Positions 29,910-40,073 of a stretch of DNA of 64,000 nucleotides are shown here, one piece after another. The position numbers were made by a program, and so were the translations under genes. The first letter of the stretch is position 1. The number at the start of each line of letters is the position of its first letter. Origin of the DNA: Candidatus Latescibacterota bacterium (GTDB taxonomy: Bacteria > Latescibacterota > UBA2968 > GCA-2709665); NCBI GenBank assembly GCA_965203805.1, contig OZ241917.1, forward strand, positions 2,464,001-2,528,000, given 5' to 3'. A model generated the notes under the pieces. That model worked only from the letters and a program-made list of their open reading frames with translations. It did no database searches and was not told where the DNA came from.

Positions 29910-31052
29910 CTAAATTTTAATCTCCCAGAGATACCCGCTGCGGTAGGGGCTGTCGTTCTCGCCCGCGTAGATCGTCCCGTCCGGCGTGACGGCCACGTCG
30001 TGCACCTGCCAGCAGTGGGCGTCGCCGTCCGACACCGGACCCAGCAGGTCCCACGACTCCGCATCGGGGTCGAAACGGATCACCTCGCACTTCCCGTCCC
30101 GTCCGGTCACGCCGTACGCGCCTCCGTCGGGTCCCGTTTGCAGCGTCGTCAGCCGGCTGCGCCGGTCGGATACGGGGGTACCCAGGTACGTGCCCATCCC
30201 GGTCTCCGTATCGATCCGGTAAATCGACCCGTTGGCGCCGCTGGCGAACATGCGGCCTTCGCCCAGGTTGAAGATCCCCTCCACTCTCTCGTAACCGTAC
30301 GTCCCGTCGGGCTTCGGCAGACCCGCGTCGAAATACTCGATCCTGTCGGTCTCCGGGTCGAACTTGCACAACCGGTTGCGGTCCACCCCCGCGAAATTCT
30401 GCCAGGCCCGCGTGACGCTCCAGCCGCACCACACGCAGCCGTCGTCATCCAGTTCCAGGTTCTCGCCCTGCGCCATCTCCATCCCGCTGCTGATCGGCCC
30501 CAGGTCGTCGGAACGGCCGTCGGCGAGATTGAACCTGAACATCCGCTCCGGCGTAAACGTCATTCCATAGATCACGCCGCGTTCCTGGTCCAGACAGATC
30601 GACTGTATGTACATGTGCGGCATGGGAATGCCGATTTTCCGGAGTTCTCCGCTCGACGGATCGTACTTCACAATCGCGCCGCCAGGCGCTTCCCAGTACT
30701 TGTCGATATCGTGAAGAAGCGCGATTGCGCCGTAGAGACACCCGTCGTTCTCCCACCTGACGAGCGACCGGTGGAACTTGGCATCGAACGGGTCCGCGAT
30801 TCTGCCGTAACCCAGATCCACAAACTCGCCGCCGGCCCTGTCGTAGGCGCGGAAGATGTCGGCGTCGAAGGACGTGATTCCCAGGTAGATGCGGTCGTCA
30901 TCCGCATTGTGATACACGCTGTCCATACTGATCCATCCCTCGCGCCAGGCCGCATCCGCCCTGAAATCGTTGTATTCCCAGTGGTCTTCGATCTCATGGT
31001 CCCACTGGTCTCCGTAGTCCACGTCCCGCAACTTGAGCGCCTTGACCTCCAT
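29910..31052 (-). CDS. Hypothetical beta-propeller protein
   Basis: AGGAG RBS before ATG 31052; repeated (K/R)(Y/F)DP..G...DLG blades; no signal peptide. Confidence 0.75.
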   Translation of the reverse strand: MEVKALKLRDVDYGDQWDHEIEDHWEYNDFRADAAWREGWISMDSVYHNADDDRIYLGITSFDADIFRAYDRAGGEFVDLGYGRIADPFDAKFHRSLVRWENDGCLYGAIALLHDIDKYWEAPGGAIVKYDPSSGELRKIGIPMPHMYIQSICLDQERGVIYGMTFTPERMFRFNLADGRSDDLGPISSGMEMAQGENLELDDDGCVWCGWSVTRAWQNFAGVDRNRLCKFDPETDRIEYFDAGLPKPDGTYGYERVEGIFNLGEGRMFASGANGSIYRIDTETGMGTYLGTPVSDRRSRLTTLQTGPDGGAYGVTGRDGKCEVIRFDPDAESWDLLGPVSDGDAHCWQVHDVAVTPDGTIYAGENDSPYRSGYLWEIKI

Positions 31053-31114
31053 CTGATTCTCCTTTCCTGTTCCTGGTGGCAATCCGACGGGGATCGATCC
31101 CTCGCCGGCTGCAA

Positions 31115-32359
31115 CTATACCGCGTCGCTGATCTTGTTCAACGCCCTGAAGAATTCGTCGAATACCTCGACGATGGCCGCGGCTATCTCGTGTTCTTTTC
31201 CCTCTTCCCACTCATCCGGAGTCAACCGGGCGAACGCCTTCGTGCCCTCCACCTCCGACGGAGACAGCAGATCTCCCTTCAGTTCGTCCAGAATCGTCAC
31301 CGGATCCTCAACCGTCTCACCGGTCCTGATCTTCCAGAACGTACGGAACGGCATCCGGAAGAAACTGTTGCCGATTCGCCCCAGCTCATTCTGTATCAGC
31401 CAGGTGGTATCGAAGTGGGCCGGCGCGTTGCCGTAAAAGTGCAGGCGCCCCTTCATCAGGCGGGAAAACTTGGCATTGTCGAAAATCACCAGCGCCGGGT
31501 CCACCGGAACGTCCTGAAGCGCCGCTCTCCAGGCGCCGATGTCCGTACCCGCCTTATCGGTAATCAGCGTCACCGAATCCCTCAGCCGCTCCAGTATCAC
31601 GCCCAGCGCCTCCTCCAGCACGTCTTCCAGTTGCGACAGGCGCGGCTCTTCGTACCACGTCGGGATCTCGTAATGCGCGTGCAGGACCTCCCGGATCTGC
31701 TCCCAGCACCGCAATTCGGGGAAATGCCGTTGGGCGATCTCGTACGCATCCAGCTTGCCGCAGATATTCTGTCTTTCCAGTATGCAGACGGCCGAATGGA
31801 CCGGAGGATTGAAATAGTGCATAATCCGGCTGTGCAGGGGATACTTGTTTTCGTGAACGCCAAGGTTGATCGCGGGATCGATCGTACGGTTGTAGCGCCC
31901 GTAATACAGGCAGAATTTCTTCAGGTGAAAGTATTCGTCCTTTTCGTCCCACGGCCTCCGGGCAAGCGTGTCCAGAGCCGCGCCGAGACTCTTCTGATCC
32001 TCGGTGAGATAGTACGTCCACTGGTGGTATTCAGGATAATAGTTGCGCTCCGACGTCAACTCCGACCAGGTCAGATTCACCCCGGGAAGGTGTTCGAAAT
32101 TCCGCGCCCAGCAGGGAAATTTCTCACAAAGAGCCAGGTGCGTCTCGCCCATCACCGTGGACAGATGGCACCAGTCGTCCACCGTCATGCCGTCGTTCAC
32201 GATAAACCGCGTGTCGAAATCGCTCATGCCCGGCAGCAGGTCCCGGAACATCCACTTGCCCGCGATCGCTTCGATCTTGTCGCACCGGTATCGACAGGCT
32301 TCGTAGTACGTCCGGATATAATCCGCGAAATCATTCTCCGGCCTGGGTGCGAATTTCAT
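31115..32359 (-). CDS. Hypothetical protein with N-terminal Pol-beta-type nucleotidyltransferase-like motif
   Basis: AGGAGG RBS; IAGKWMFRDLLPGMSDFDTRFIV resembles hG[GS]x9-13DhD. Confidence 0.65.
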   Translation of the reverse strand: MKFAPRPENDFADYIRTYYEACRYRCDKIEAIAGKWMFRDLLPGMSDFDTRFIVNDGMTVDDWCHLSTVMGETHLALCEKFPCWARNFEHLPGVNLTWSELTSERNYYPEYHQWTYYLTEDQKSLGAALDTLARRPWDEKDEYFHLKKFCLYYGRYNRTIDPAINLGVHENKYPLHSRIMHYFNPPVHSAVCILERQNICGKLDAYEIAQRHFPELRCWEQIREVLHAHYEIPTWYEEPRLSQLEDVLEEALGVILERLRDSVTLITDKAGTDIGAWRAALQDVPVDPALVIFDNAKFSRLMKGRLHFYGNAPAHFDTTWLIQNELGRIGNSFFRMPFRTFWKIRTGETVEDPVTILDELKGDLLSPSEVEGTKAFARLTPDEWEEGKEHEIAAAIVEVFDEFFRALNKISDAV

Positions 32360-32394
32360 CGCGCCTCCTTATCATCTGCTCTCGACATCAGACT

Positions 32395-34209
32395 TCAGGC
32401 CAACATCGCCAGTTCGGCTTCCTGGTTCCGATCCAGGGACAACACGACGGCCGAACATCTTCGCCCTTCCACTTCCAGCGTAATGAGGGACTGCTCTCGG
32501 CCGTCCAGGAGCACGCGCGTGACCGTCCGGGCACCTTCGGCGATGACCGTGAGGCCCTCGACCGGCTCAGAGGCAACGAGCTTTGTAATCGTCCGTTCCC
32601 GATCAGAACTCAGCAGTTCAACCCGCAACGCGTCTCGCGCCTGGACGAAGCGGGACCAGTCCTGCAGGCTGCCCGTTTCGATGCCCATCGCCGCCAGCGA
32701 CGCGTAGACGATATTGGCCGCCTCGAACGTGCGGCGCGGGTCGCCTTTGGGCCGGACCAGATAACAAGGGTGGAAGGTGCCGATATGCGGCACGTGCCAG
32801 CGGTCGCGGGACTCCACGACCCATCGTACCGCCGCCTCCGCGTACTCCACCTGACCGAGCCCCAGCGTGCCGACGCCCGGCTCGGTGATGCTCTGCGAAT
32901 CGTCGAACGTGCAGGGCTGGAGAAACAGGTCCAGCAGCCCCTCGTCCGGGTCGAAATAGCGCATGGGCATGGCCGATGGCAGCGAGAACGGCCCGAAGTC
33001 GTACCGGTTCATCCTCGGATCGTGCCCGCAGAAGTGGAACGGCATCCGCCATCCGTGGTCCATCAGGATCGAGGCCGTCCGGGCGCCCGTCCACTGGCAC
33101 CCGTGGATCACGATATCGGTCACCGCGAGCCCGGTTTCATCCCTGAACCGCCTCGCCTGGTCCACGATCTCCTCGCGGATGCGTTCGTGCACCCCGTCGT
33201 CCAGTTCTCTCAAAAGGCGGTTGTACGTGAGCGGGAAAATATCCGCTTCGATCGACATGAAATGGCCCCGCTCCTGCCACTCGCGGATCAATTTTCCCTC
33301 GTACCGGCTCACCGGCGCCCGGAAGAAATTGTGCTTGTGCCCGTATTGCTCCGCCAGTTCCATCCCCACCGGGGCGCCCTCCTCCCCGCACCCGTCCGAC
33401 TTGAAAAACACCGCCACCCGCCGCGCATCGGGCATGTGCCAGACGCGCGGCACGATACCGACGCCGTGCAGGTCCAGCAGCAACTCCCGAAACAGGTCCT
33501 GGTGAATGTCGGCCAGGGGGTGCTGCCTCGAATGCCGCTCGGCGATCCCGATCAGCCCGAAGATATGCCGCGGGCCTCGCAGCGGCAGCATCTGCGCCTG
33601 CTGTTCCAGCGCCCACGTGCCGTGCCTCAACCGCAGCACGGCCCCCACGACGTCATAGGCCAGCACGCTCGCCCTGCCCAGGCCGACGCGCTTCCGGACG
33701 ATTGCCGGACCGCTGCGCTTGCCAAGGCCGTCCTCCAGCACCGCCAGTTCCTCGCCATCGCACGCGATAGCGAGCCCTGTGTCCTGCGGGCAATACAACG
33801 GCTCCGGCGGCACTGTCAGCCCGGCGAATGGATGGACGACCACCCGTCCGTCTGCCACCAACTCCGGATCTTCCGCCGGGGGTCCCGCGGCGACCGCCTT
33901 GTTCGGGTCGACTTTCTGCGTCGATACCACCACCCGCCGCGCCACGCCCAGTTTCGCCGCCAGGTCGCCGCCCGGCATCACCGAAAGCACCCGACCGCCG
34001 CCGCGCAGGTAGTCGACAAGCATCCCGGTCGCTCGACGTCCGAACGCCCCCCGGAGCGTCAACACCACCGTCGCGTGCTTCAGGCGGGACGGCTCCACCT
34101 CGTTCTGAGATACGACCTCGAAATGAAACAGACCCTCGGCCTTGAGGATCTCCGGCGCAAAATCGTGTTCAAGGTTGTCGTCGGGCCTGATGACAAGAAT
34201 CGATTTCAT
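32395..34209 (-). CDS. Hypothetical protein: GATase-like N-domain plus deacetylase-like barrel
   Basis: Start re-assigned to ATG 34209 to avoid overlap; LVDYLRGGGRVL, VFFKSDGC, GTFHP; architecture parallels 23777-25531. Confidence 0.7.
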   Translation of the reverse strand: MKSILVIRPDDNLEHDFAPEILKAEGLFHFEVVSQNEVEPSRLKHATVVLTLRGAFGRRATGMLVDYLRGGGRVLSVMPGGDLAAKLGVARRVVVSTQKVDPNKAVAAGPPAEDPELVADGRVVVHPFAGLTVPPEPLYCPQDTGLAIACDGEELAVLEDGLGKRSGPAIVRKRVGLGRASVLAYDVVGAVLRLRHGTWALEQQAQMLPLRGPRHIFGLIGIAERHSRQHPLADIHQDLFRELLLDLHGVGIVPRVWHMPDARRVAVFFKSDGCGEEGAPVGMELAEQYGHKHNFFRAPVSRYEGKLIREWQERGHFMSIEADIFPLTYNRLLRELDDGVHERIREEIVDQARRFRDETGLAVTDIVIHGCQWTGARTASILMDHGWRMPFHFCGHDPRMNRYDFGPFSLPSAMPMRYFDPDEGLLDLFLQPCTFDDSQSITEPGVGTLGLGQVEYAEAAVRWVVESRDRWHVPHIGTFHPCYLVRPKGDPRRTFEAANIVYASLAAMGIETGSLQDWSRFVQARDALRVELLSSDRERTITKLVASEPVEGLTVIAEGARTVTRVLLDGREQSLITLEVEGRRCSAVVLSLDRNQEAELAMLA

Positions 34210-34252
34210 GGAAACATCCACCAATGCGGACCCGCAAGGAAACACCGCGTTA

Positions 34253-35248
34253 TCATCCCGGCCCGACTTCACGATGCTCCGACGCGGAACGGTAGATCGC
34301 GTCCAGCAGCACATTGGTCTTCGCGGCTTCGCCAAGCGGGCAGACCGGCTGGCGGCCATCGCGTACCGCGTCCACGAAATCCTGAACGACCGGCCCGTGT
34401 ACATTGTCGGCGGGTGAAAGATCCAGCGTATCGACCTGGCGGCCCACCGTTTTGACCACCTCGCCGGAATCGTATGGATGCCAGTAGACCTTGGCCTCGG
34501 TCCCCACGATCTCGAACTCGTGCCGCCAGGTTTTCGAACTCCAGCTGAAAGACGCCGTGGCCAATGCCCCGTTGCCCATTTGCATGACGATGCTCGCACA
34601 GTCCTCCACGTCCCACTCCTGCACCAGGTTTTCACACCGGGCGTACACCGACACAGGCATCCCCAGGAGCCCGATCATCACGTCGAACATATGCGTGCCC
34701 ATATCGCTGATGGGGCCGCCTCCGGACCGCTCCCGGAAGACACGCCAGCGTTTCGGATCGTCATCCGCCGGGCTGAACCAGGAAAAGTAGACGATGCGTA
34801 CGAGGACGACGTGGCCGAATTCACCGTTCCGAATCATCTCCTGCGCCTGCAGATACGCCGGGAAGAGACGTCGGAAATAGGAGCATCCGGCCAACTTCGC
34901 GCTTTTCTCGGCCGCGGCAGTGGCTCGCGAACACGCCTCGCCGGTGACGCCCAGGGGCTTTTCCACGAGCACGTGCTTATCGGCTTCCAGGGCCTGGACC
35001 GCGTGTGGCACGTGCAGCCACACGGGGGTTGCGACGTAGACCGCATCCGCCGAGGTTTTCTCCAGGGCTTCATCGAGGTCGGCGTATACCTCGGACAGGT
35101 CGTATTCGGACGCCAGCGCCCCGGCATTCTCCCGGACCATATCGCAGACCGCCACCAACTCCGACCCGGCGGCGCCCGCCAGGGCGGCGGCCACGCGTTT
35201 CCGGGCGATATCGCCGGCGCCGACCAGGAGCCATCTCACGTTATCCAT
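34253..35248 (-). CDS. Gfo/Idh/MocA family oxidoreductase
   Basis: GGAGG RBS before ATG 35248; VGAGDIA, VATP..LH, VLVEKP, GGGPISDMGTH. Confidence 0.93.
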   Translation of the reverse strand: MDNVRWLLVGAGDIARKRVAAALAGAAGSELVAVCDMVRENAGALASEYDLSEVYADLDEALEKTSADAVYVATPVWLHVPHAVQALEADKHVLVEKPLGVTGEACSRATAAAEKSAKLAGCSYFRRLFPAYLQAQEMIRNGEFGHVVLVRIVYFSWFSPADDDPKRWRVFRERSGGGPISDMGTHMFDVMIGLLGMPVSVYARCENLVQEWDVEDCASIVMQMGNGALATASFSWSSKTWRHEFEIVGTEAKVYWHPYDSGEVVKTVGRQVDTLDLSPADNVHGPVVQDFVDAVRDGRQPVCPLGEAAKTNVLLDAIYRSASEHREVGPG

Positions 35249-35265
35249 TTTGCCTCCTGCATATC

Positions 35266-36417
35266 CTATCGCAGATCCGAAATCGTCTGCTTGACGGCCC
35301 ACGCAATATAGACCAGGTCCTCGTCGGTCGTCGCGGGAAATACCGGCGTACTTACGACCTGTTCGCAGACCCTGGCCGCGATCGGACATCCCCCGCCGTT
35401 GTACCCCAGTTCCTGAAGGGCGTCCCAGGACCAGAGCGGCGGGTAGTGCTTTGCCGTGGCCACCCGGTATCGATCCTTCAGGTGAGCGACGAACGCTTCC
35501 GTGGTGAACCGCACAGCATCGGTGTCCAGCCGGATCACGTGCAGATGGCTCCCGTGATCGGGGCCGTGTCCGGCAGGAAGAATGACCTCCTCCACGTCGG
35601 CCAGCAGCGCGTTGAGACGGACCATCCGTTGACGCCGGTCCTGAATCACGCGGTCTATTTTGGCCAACTGGGTAAGTCCGACCGCGTATTGGGGCTTGGT
35701 CATCCGGTAGTTGAATCCGACCCGCACCACCCGCGTGCCGCTTCCCCCGTAGACGTATCCGAACGTCTTCAGTTGCCGGACCTGCTCCGCGAATTCCTCG
35801 TCGTCCGTTGTCACCGCGCCCCCCTCGCCGAGGCACGTCATGTTCTTGTTGCTCTGGAAACTGTAGCACGAGGCCTTCCCTCGGCCGCCGACCGGGCTGC
35901 CCCGGTACCGGGTGCCCACCGCGTGCGCCGCATCGTAGATGACCGGCACGCCCGTCTCCTCCGAGATCCGGTCGAATGCATCCAGGTCGCACGCGAGACC
36001 CGCGAAGTGCACGGGAATGATCGCACGGGTGCGCGGCGAAAGTCTTTCTCTCACCCTGTCCGGATCCAGATTCAGGCTCACCGGATCGATATCGGCGAGA
36101 ACAACCCTGGCGCCCCTTGCAATCGCGGTACCGGCCGTGCAGACGAAGGTGAGCGGGGTCGTGATCACTTCGTCGCCCGCACCGATGTCCAGCGCCATCA
36201 TGCAACAGTCCAGGCCCGTACCGCACGAATTGACCGCAATCGCCTTCCGGGCGCCCTCGTGCGCGGCGAACGCGTTCTGAAAATCGTTCTCTTCCGGCAG
36301 GGGGAAGAACGTCCCCTCCTCGTCCGCGACGTCCGCCAGCATCCGGCTGACCGCCTCAACGTCGTCCTGCTCGTAAACCCCACCCATCGACCCGAACGGC
36401 ACCTCTCGTATTTCCAT
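35266..36417 (-). CDS. DegT/DnrJ/EryC1/StrS family PLP aminotransferase (alternative start 36447)
   Basis: GDEVIT..LTFVCT, IIPVHFAG, YDAAHA, SFQSNKNMTCLGEGG, GFNYRM. Confidence 0.95.
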   Translation of the reverse strand: MEIREVPFGSMGGVYEQDDVEAVSRMLADVADEEGTFFPLPEENDFQNAFAAHEGARKAIAVNSCGTGLDCCMMALDIGAGDEVITTPLTFVCTAGTAIARGARVVLADIDPVSLNLDPDRVRERLSPRTRAIIPVHFAGLACDLDAFDRISEETGVPVIYDAAHAVGTRYRGSPVGGRGKASCYSFQSNKNMTCLGEGGAVTTDDEEFAEQVRQLKTFGYVYGGSGTRVVRVGFNYRMTKPQYAVGLTQLAKIDRVIQDRRQRMVRLNALLADVEEVILPAGHGPDHGSHLHVIRLDTDAVRFTTEAFVAHLKDRYRVATAKHYPPLWSWDALQELGYNGGGCPIAARVCEQVVSTPVFPATTDEDLVYIAWAVKQTISDLR

Positions 36418-36576
36418 AAAATCCGGCGCGCGGGACCCCCCGGTCAAGAAGGAGATGTTCGCGCCTTGCCTCCTCTCCGAAACGTCGGATTCGCACGGGT
36501 TTCCCCGTACCTCAGCGGCCTTTTTGCACGTTCTTCAAGTTAACCTCAATTCAAAAAAAGACAACCGTTTAATTGG

Positions 36577-36603
36577 CCACAAAAAGCACAGAAAACACAG
36601 AGG
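36577..36603. repeat. Short 9-bp-period trimer in an intergenic region
   Basis: CCACAAAAA GCACAGAAA ACACAGAGG. Confidence 0.45.
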
Positions 36604-36714
36604 GTATCGGTGCGAAACGGCGTAATAAGGTCGCTCAAATGGTCTTCTTCTCCGTTCGCGTCCCCCTGCGTTAAACTCGCCGGAACGCCGACGCCGAATC
36701 GCCTATGCCGTGCA

Positions 36715-38742
36715 TCAATACCACTTGTGAACGACGTGCCCCCGTTCCGGGAACCAGATCGCGTCGACCGCCATTCCCGCCGTCACCGCGACGATGTAGC
36801 CGATCAGCATACCCAGGAAGAAGGGCATCGACCGCCGGTAGAAGGCCACCCCGCCTGTCTTCAGCATGATCAGCTTCGCCAGCCACGCCACCAGGAGCGT
36901 GGACCCCATGCGGCGCGCCGCCGGGATGCCGGACAACGCAAACCCGATCGGGTGTAGCGGCCACCTGGCGAACCGGTAGCGCATCAGATTTACGATGACC
37001 ATCGTCCCGGCGCCGACGAGGAGAAACCAGTAATCGATCGCCTGCATCTTCGCCGGGTTCAGTATCTCGTTCACGGTCATCCCGTACTGCCATTCGCCTT
37101 CGTGGATGATCAGCCAGTTGGGCCGGAAATTGTACGCCCCCACATTGTATCCCAGCCAGATCGTGTACAGAGTCGAGCTGACAACCCCCGCGACAAAGGC
37201 CGCGAACACGCCCCAGAAGAGCCGCCGTTTGTCGCTTCCGACAAAGTCCCCCAGGCGATTGATCTGCGCGACCAGCGGCATGATGAAGCTCCTGGGATGG
37301 CTGACCGTGAATGACAACAGGCCGAAGGTCGCGCGCGTGGAGGCAATCAGATTCCCCGTGCCGCCGACGAGCGCGCCCGACAGTTCCCAGGCGGACGCGG
37401 GCGGCTGGATATAGATGATTCCCGAATCGGCCACGACCCTGGCCACGAAGAGATAGGCGATGAACATCGTCGGAATCAGCAGGGCGATCATCCCGGCCTC
37501 CACTCCCAATCGACCGAGAAACGCCGCGATGTATGCGCAGCTGACCAGCAGGCCGATCAATGCGGCCCGGTAGGAGAGCAACTCTCGCCCGGCGCGGGGC
37601 GAAGACCCGGTCGGCTGAAGCGCGCTCCGGATGACTTCCCGCAGGTGGTACCGGGCGATCCAGACCCACCAGAAGACCAGCGACACGAACGCTCCGGCCG
37701 CCTGCCACTTGTATGTCGTGGTGGTATAGGGCCCGGCGCCGTAGTGCGGCGACGTGGCGACGATCCCCAACCGGTTCAACGCGCCCGCTTCGATCATGAA
37801 CACGAAGTCGAAGAACCAGATGCTGAATAGCACGTCAAGGCTGGCGAAATAGGAGAAGCAGATAACGGGCGTGCTCAGGAAGATGAAGAAGGGAGGGTAC
37901 TCTTCAGGCAGCAGGTCCCATATAAAGCGACCGGTCGCCGTGGGGAAACTGGGGACCATCGGGTAGAACCACGCGATCATGTTCCACCAGAACACGATTG
38001 ACGTCAGGGCGAATCCCGCCCAGAACGCCTTCCCCTTCATGAAATCGGGCAGCCAGCGCCTCCCGGACCCGGCGCGCGAGGTCATTTCGAGAACCGGAGC
38101 CAGCGCCGGATACACCAGCTTTTCATGGTCCGCCCACTGCCGGTGCACCAGAACCGAAATGCAGATGCACGCGAAGCCCAGCACAAAAACAAACAGGAGC
38201 CACCAGGCCAGGGGAAGACTCCAGACGTCCCACGGAACCGATGCCACGCCCGGCAGCCCCTCGTAGAACCAGGACATCGCCCCGCTGTCGTTCGCGGGTA
38301 TCAGCCAGCCCGGCAGTTGCGGATGGAGATACTCCGCCCACCGGTTCTCAGGCGTCGCGAAATAATACGGGGACGCCATCATGCCCACCAGGTACCCGCT
38401 GACGCCGTAATTGGGACCGATGGCGCTGATCATGCCCATGCTGAAGACAGTGATCCATTCCGACGGCGACAGCACGAAGGCGCGCCCGAACCGCCGGGCA
38501 AGCACGGCGCAGGCCAGAATCGACAGGAGGCACAGGATCAGCACGCCCATCGGAACCTGGGCGACCATCATGTACGACCCCTTCTGGATGTACCGGGCAG
38601 TACATGCCAGCAGGCTCATGGCCGTCGCGATGCAAAGACCGATCACGATCGACCGAAGCGTCACCCGCGCTTCCGGCTGTGTCCCGTCGTTCACGATTCG
38701 CCGTTCATTAACATCCTTCGCAGGTTGCCGTGTTCCCGTCAC
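36715..38742 (-). CDS. DUF6785/DUF6784-type polytopic membrane protein (putative transporter), paralog A
   Basis: Many TM segments; PYYFATPENRW, RQW..HEKLVYP, WPLHPIGF, PFFLG. Confidence 0.85.
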   Translation of the reverse strand: MTGTRQPAKDVNERRIVNDGTQPEARVTLRSIVIGLCIATAMSLLACTARYIQKGSYMMVAQVPMGVLILCLLSILACAVLARRFGRAFVLSPSEWITVFSMGMISAIGPNYGVSGYLVGMMASPYYFATPENRWAEYLHPQLPGWLIPANDSGAMSWFYEGLPGVASVPWDVWSLPLAWWLLFVFVLGFACICISVLVHRQWADHEKLVYPALAPVLEMTSRAGSGRRWLPDFMKGKAFWAGFALTSIVFWWNMIAWFYPMVPSFPTATGRFIWDLLPEEYPPFFIFLSTPVICFSYFASLDVLFSIWFFDFVFMIEAGALNRLGIVATSPHYGAGPYTTTTYKWQAAGAFVSLVFWWVWIARYHLREVIRSALQPTGSSPRAGRELLSYRAALIGLLVSCAYIAAFLGRLGVEAGMIALLIPTMFIAYLFVARVVADSGIIYIQPPASAWELSGALVGGTGNLIASTRATFGLLSFTVSHPRSFIMPLVAQINRLGDFVGSDKRRLFWGVFAAFVAGVVSSTLYTIWLGYNVGAYNFRPNWLIIHEGEWQYGMTVNEILNPAKMQAIDYWFLLVGAGTMVIVNLMRYRFARWPLHPIGFALSGIPAARRMGSTLLVAWLAKLIMLKTGGVAFYRRSMPFFLGMLIGYIVAVTAGMAVDAIWFPERGHVVHKWY

Positions 38743-40073
38743 TCACCGGTCGACGGCGCGAACGGATTGATCCAGACAACGGCCGTGGTCCCCCAGTCGG
38801 TGGACATGATATCCTCGTAGCCATCTCCGTCCAAATCCGCAAGACGGACGATATTGGGCCAGTTGAGCCCCGCGCCGTCGCCAAGTCGCGTGGCCTCCCA
38901 GAAGGATCCGTCGCCCCTTACATTCCTGAACACGTAGACCCCATCCCCGCCATCGGATGGCGCCACGATATCCAGGCGCCCGTCCCGGTCCACGTCCCCA
39001 ATGTCGAAGGAATAGGCGTGACCCAGACCGCCCGCGATCTCATGGAAACGCCATTCGCTCCCGGGACCCACGCGTTCCCGCCAAGCCAGGTACCCGTTTC
39101 GGAGACTGGTCTCCACACAGTCCAGATCGCCGTCCGCGTCGAGGTCCGCGAATCGCGCGTGGACCTGGGAAACGGGCTTGTCGGAAAAGCGGCCGACCCA
39201 TCGGCGCACCGAATCGGCGGATGCCACGTGGATGGAATCCCGCTTCCATTCCATCCCTTTTCCATCGGAATTGATCAGCAGAAACGGCCTGGACGCATGC
39301 TCGGAGGCGCAGACGAGATCCATATCGCCGTCCCGGTCCACGTCTCCGGCGTCCACGCCGATGATGGGAGGCAGATCCAAGGGAATCGCCACTTCCTCCC
39401 ACGGCGTCGACTGCCGTGGGTCCTGGCGATACCAGCCCACTTTGCTCCCTGAATCCGATATCGAGGTGACCACGATATCGTCGAGTTTGTCGCCATCGAC
39501 GTCTGCAACCACGGCCCGTACCGGTAGTTCGAGCACCTTCGACCGGAGGAGGGTCTTTTTCCAGTGTCCTCCGTCCGCAGTCTCGTAGATGACTGTCTCT
39601 CCAGACAGATAGCAGGGGATTACGACGGCGGATTTTCCGGCCGCGGTGCGACGGACAACAACGGCGTCCTTTGGCGTAACCTGCCGGTCGTCGAGCTGGT
39701 GAATTCGAAAAACCAGTCCTGAATCCGGCCGCACGGCGACGTTCTCGAGCCAGTAGACCATGCCGTATTCACGATCTTCTCCCGGGACCGTTTCTCCGCC
39801 TGACTGAAAGGCAACCACGAGGTCGAGGTCGCCGTCCCCGTCGAAGTCGGCGGCGTGGATGCCATAGGAATTGGTCCCGTCAAGCGATGTGCCACCCCCG
39901 TCACCCAGGGGGACAACCCGCCACTTCGCGGCCGCATCGGCGGCCAATCCCTTCACGTTGGGACTGAGGGCCAGAATCTCGGGAGGGACCTGGGCGGCGG
40001 CGGGAACGACGGCTGCGCAGACCACGGCCGCGACGATGCCCACGCAATACGTCCGCAGGGAGAAGCCCGACAT
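38739..40073 (-). CDS. Secreted FG-GAP/VCBS repeat protein
   Basis: Start re-assigned to ATG 40073; signal peptide; multiple D.DGDG..D.. repeats. Confidence 0.9.
   Translation of the reverse strand: MSGFSLRTYCVGIVAAVVCAAVVPAAAQVPPEILALSPNVKGLAADAAAKWRVVPLGDGGGTSLDGTNSYGIHAADFDGDGDLDLVVAFQSGGETVPGEDREYGMVYWLENVAVRPDSGLVFRIHQLDDRQVTPKDAVVVRRTAAGKSAVVIPCYLSGETVIYETADGGHWKKTLLRSKVLELPVRAVVADVDGDKLDDIVVTSISDSGSKVGWYRQDPRQSTPWEEVAIPLDLPPIIGVDAGDVDRDGDMDLVCASEHASRPFLLINSDGKGMEWKRDSIHVASADSVRRWVGRFSDKPVSQVHARFADLDADGDLDCVETSLRNGYLAWRERVGPGSEWRFHEIAGGLGHAYSFDIGDVDRDGRLDIVAPSDGGDGVYVFRNVRGDGSFWEATRLGDGAGLNWPNIVRLADLDGDGYEDIMSTDWGTTAVVWINPFAPSTGE

Noticed and set aside
34253-36226. Apparent N-terminal extensions in the ORF track (657-aa Gfo, 746-aa 32395-34635, 744-aa 38739-40973, 386-aa 16406-17566, 433-aa 29910-31211)
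   Set aside because: The extensions overlap real neighbouring genes in another frame; internal starts, mostly with a visible RBS, give normal proteins, so these are not fusions or frameshifts.
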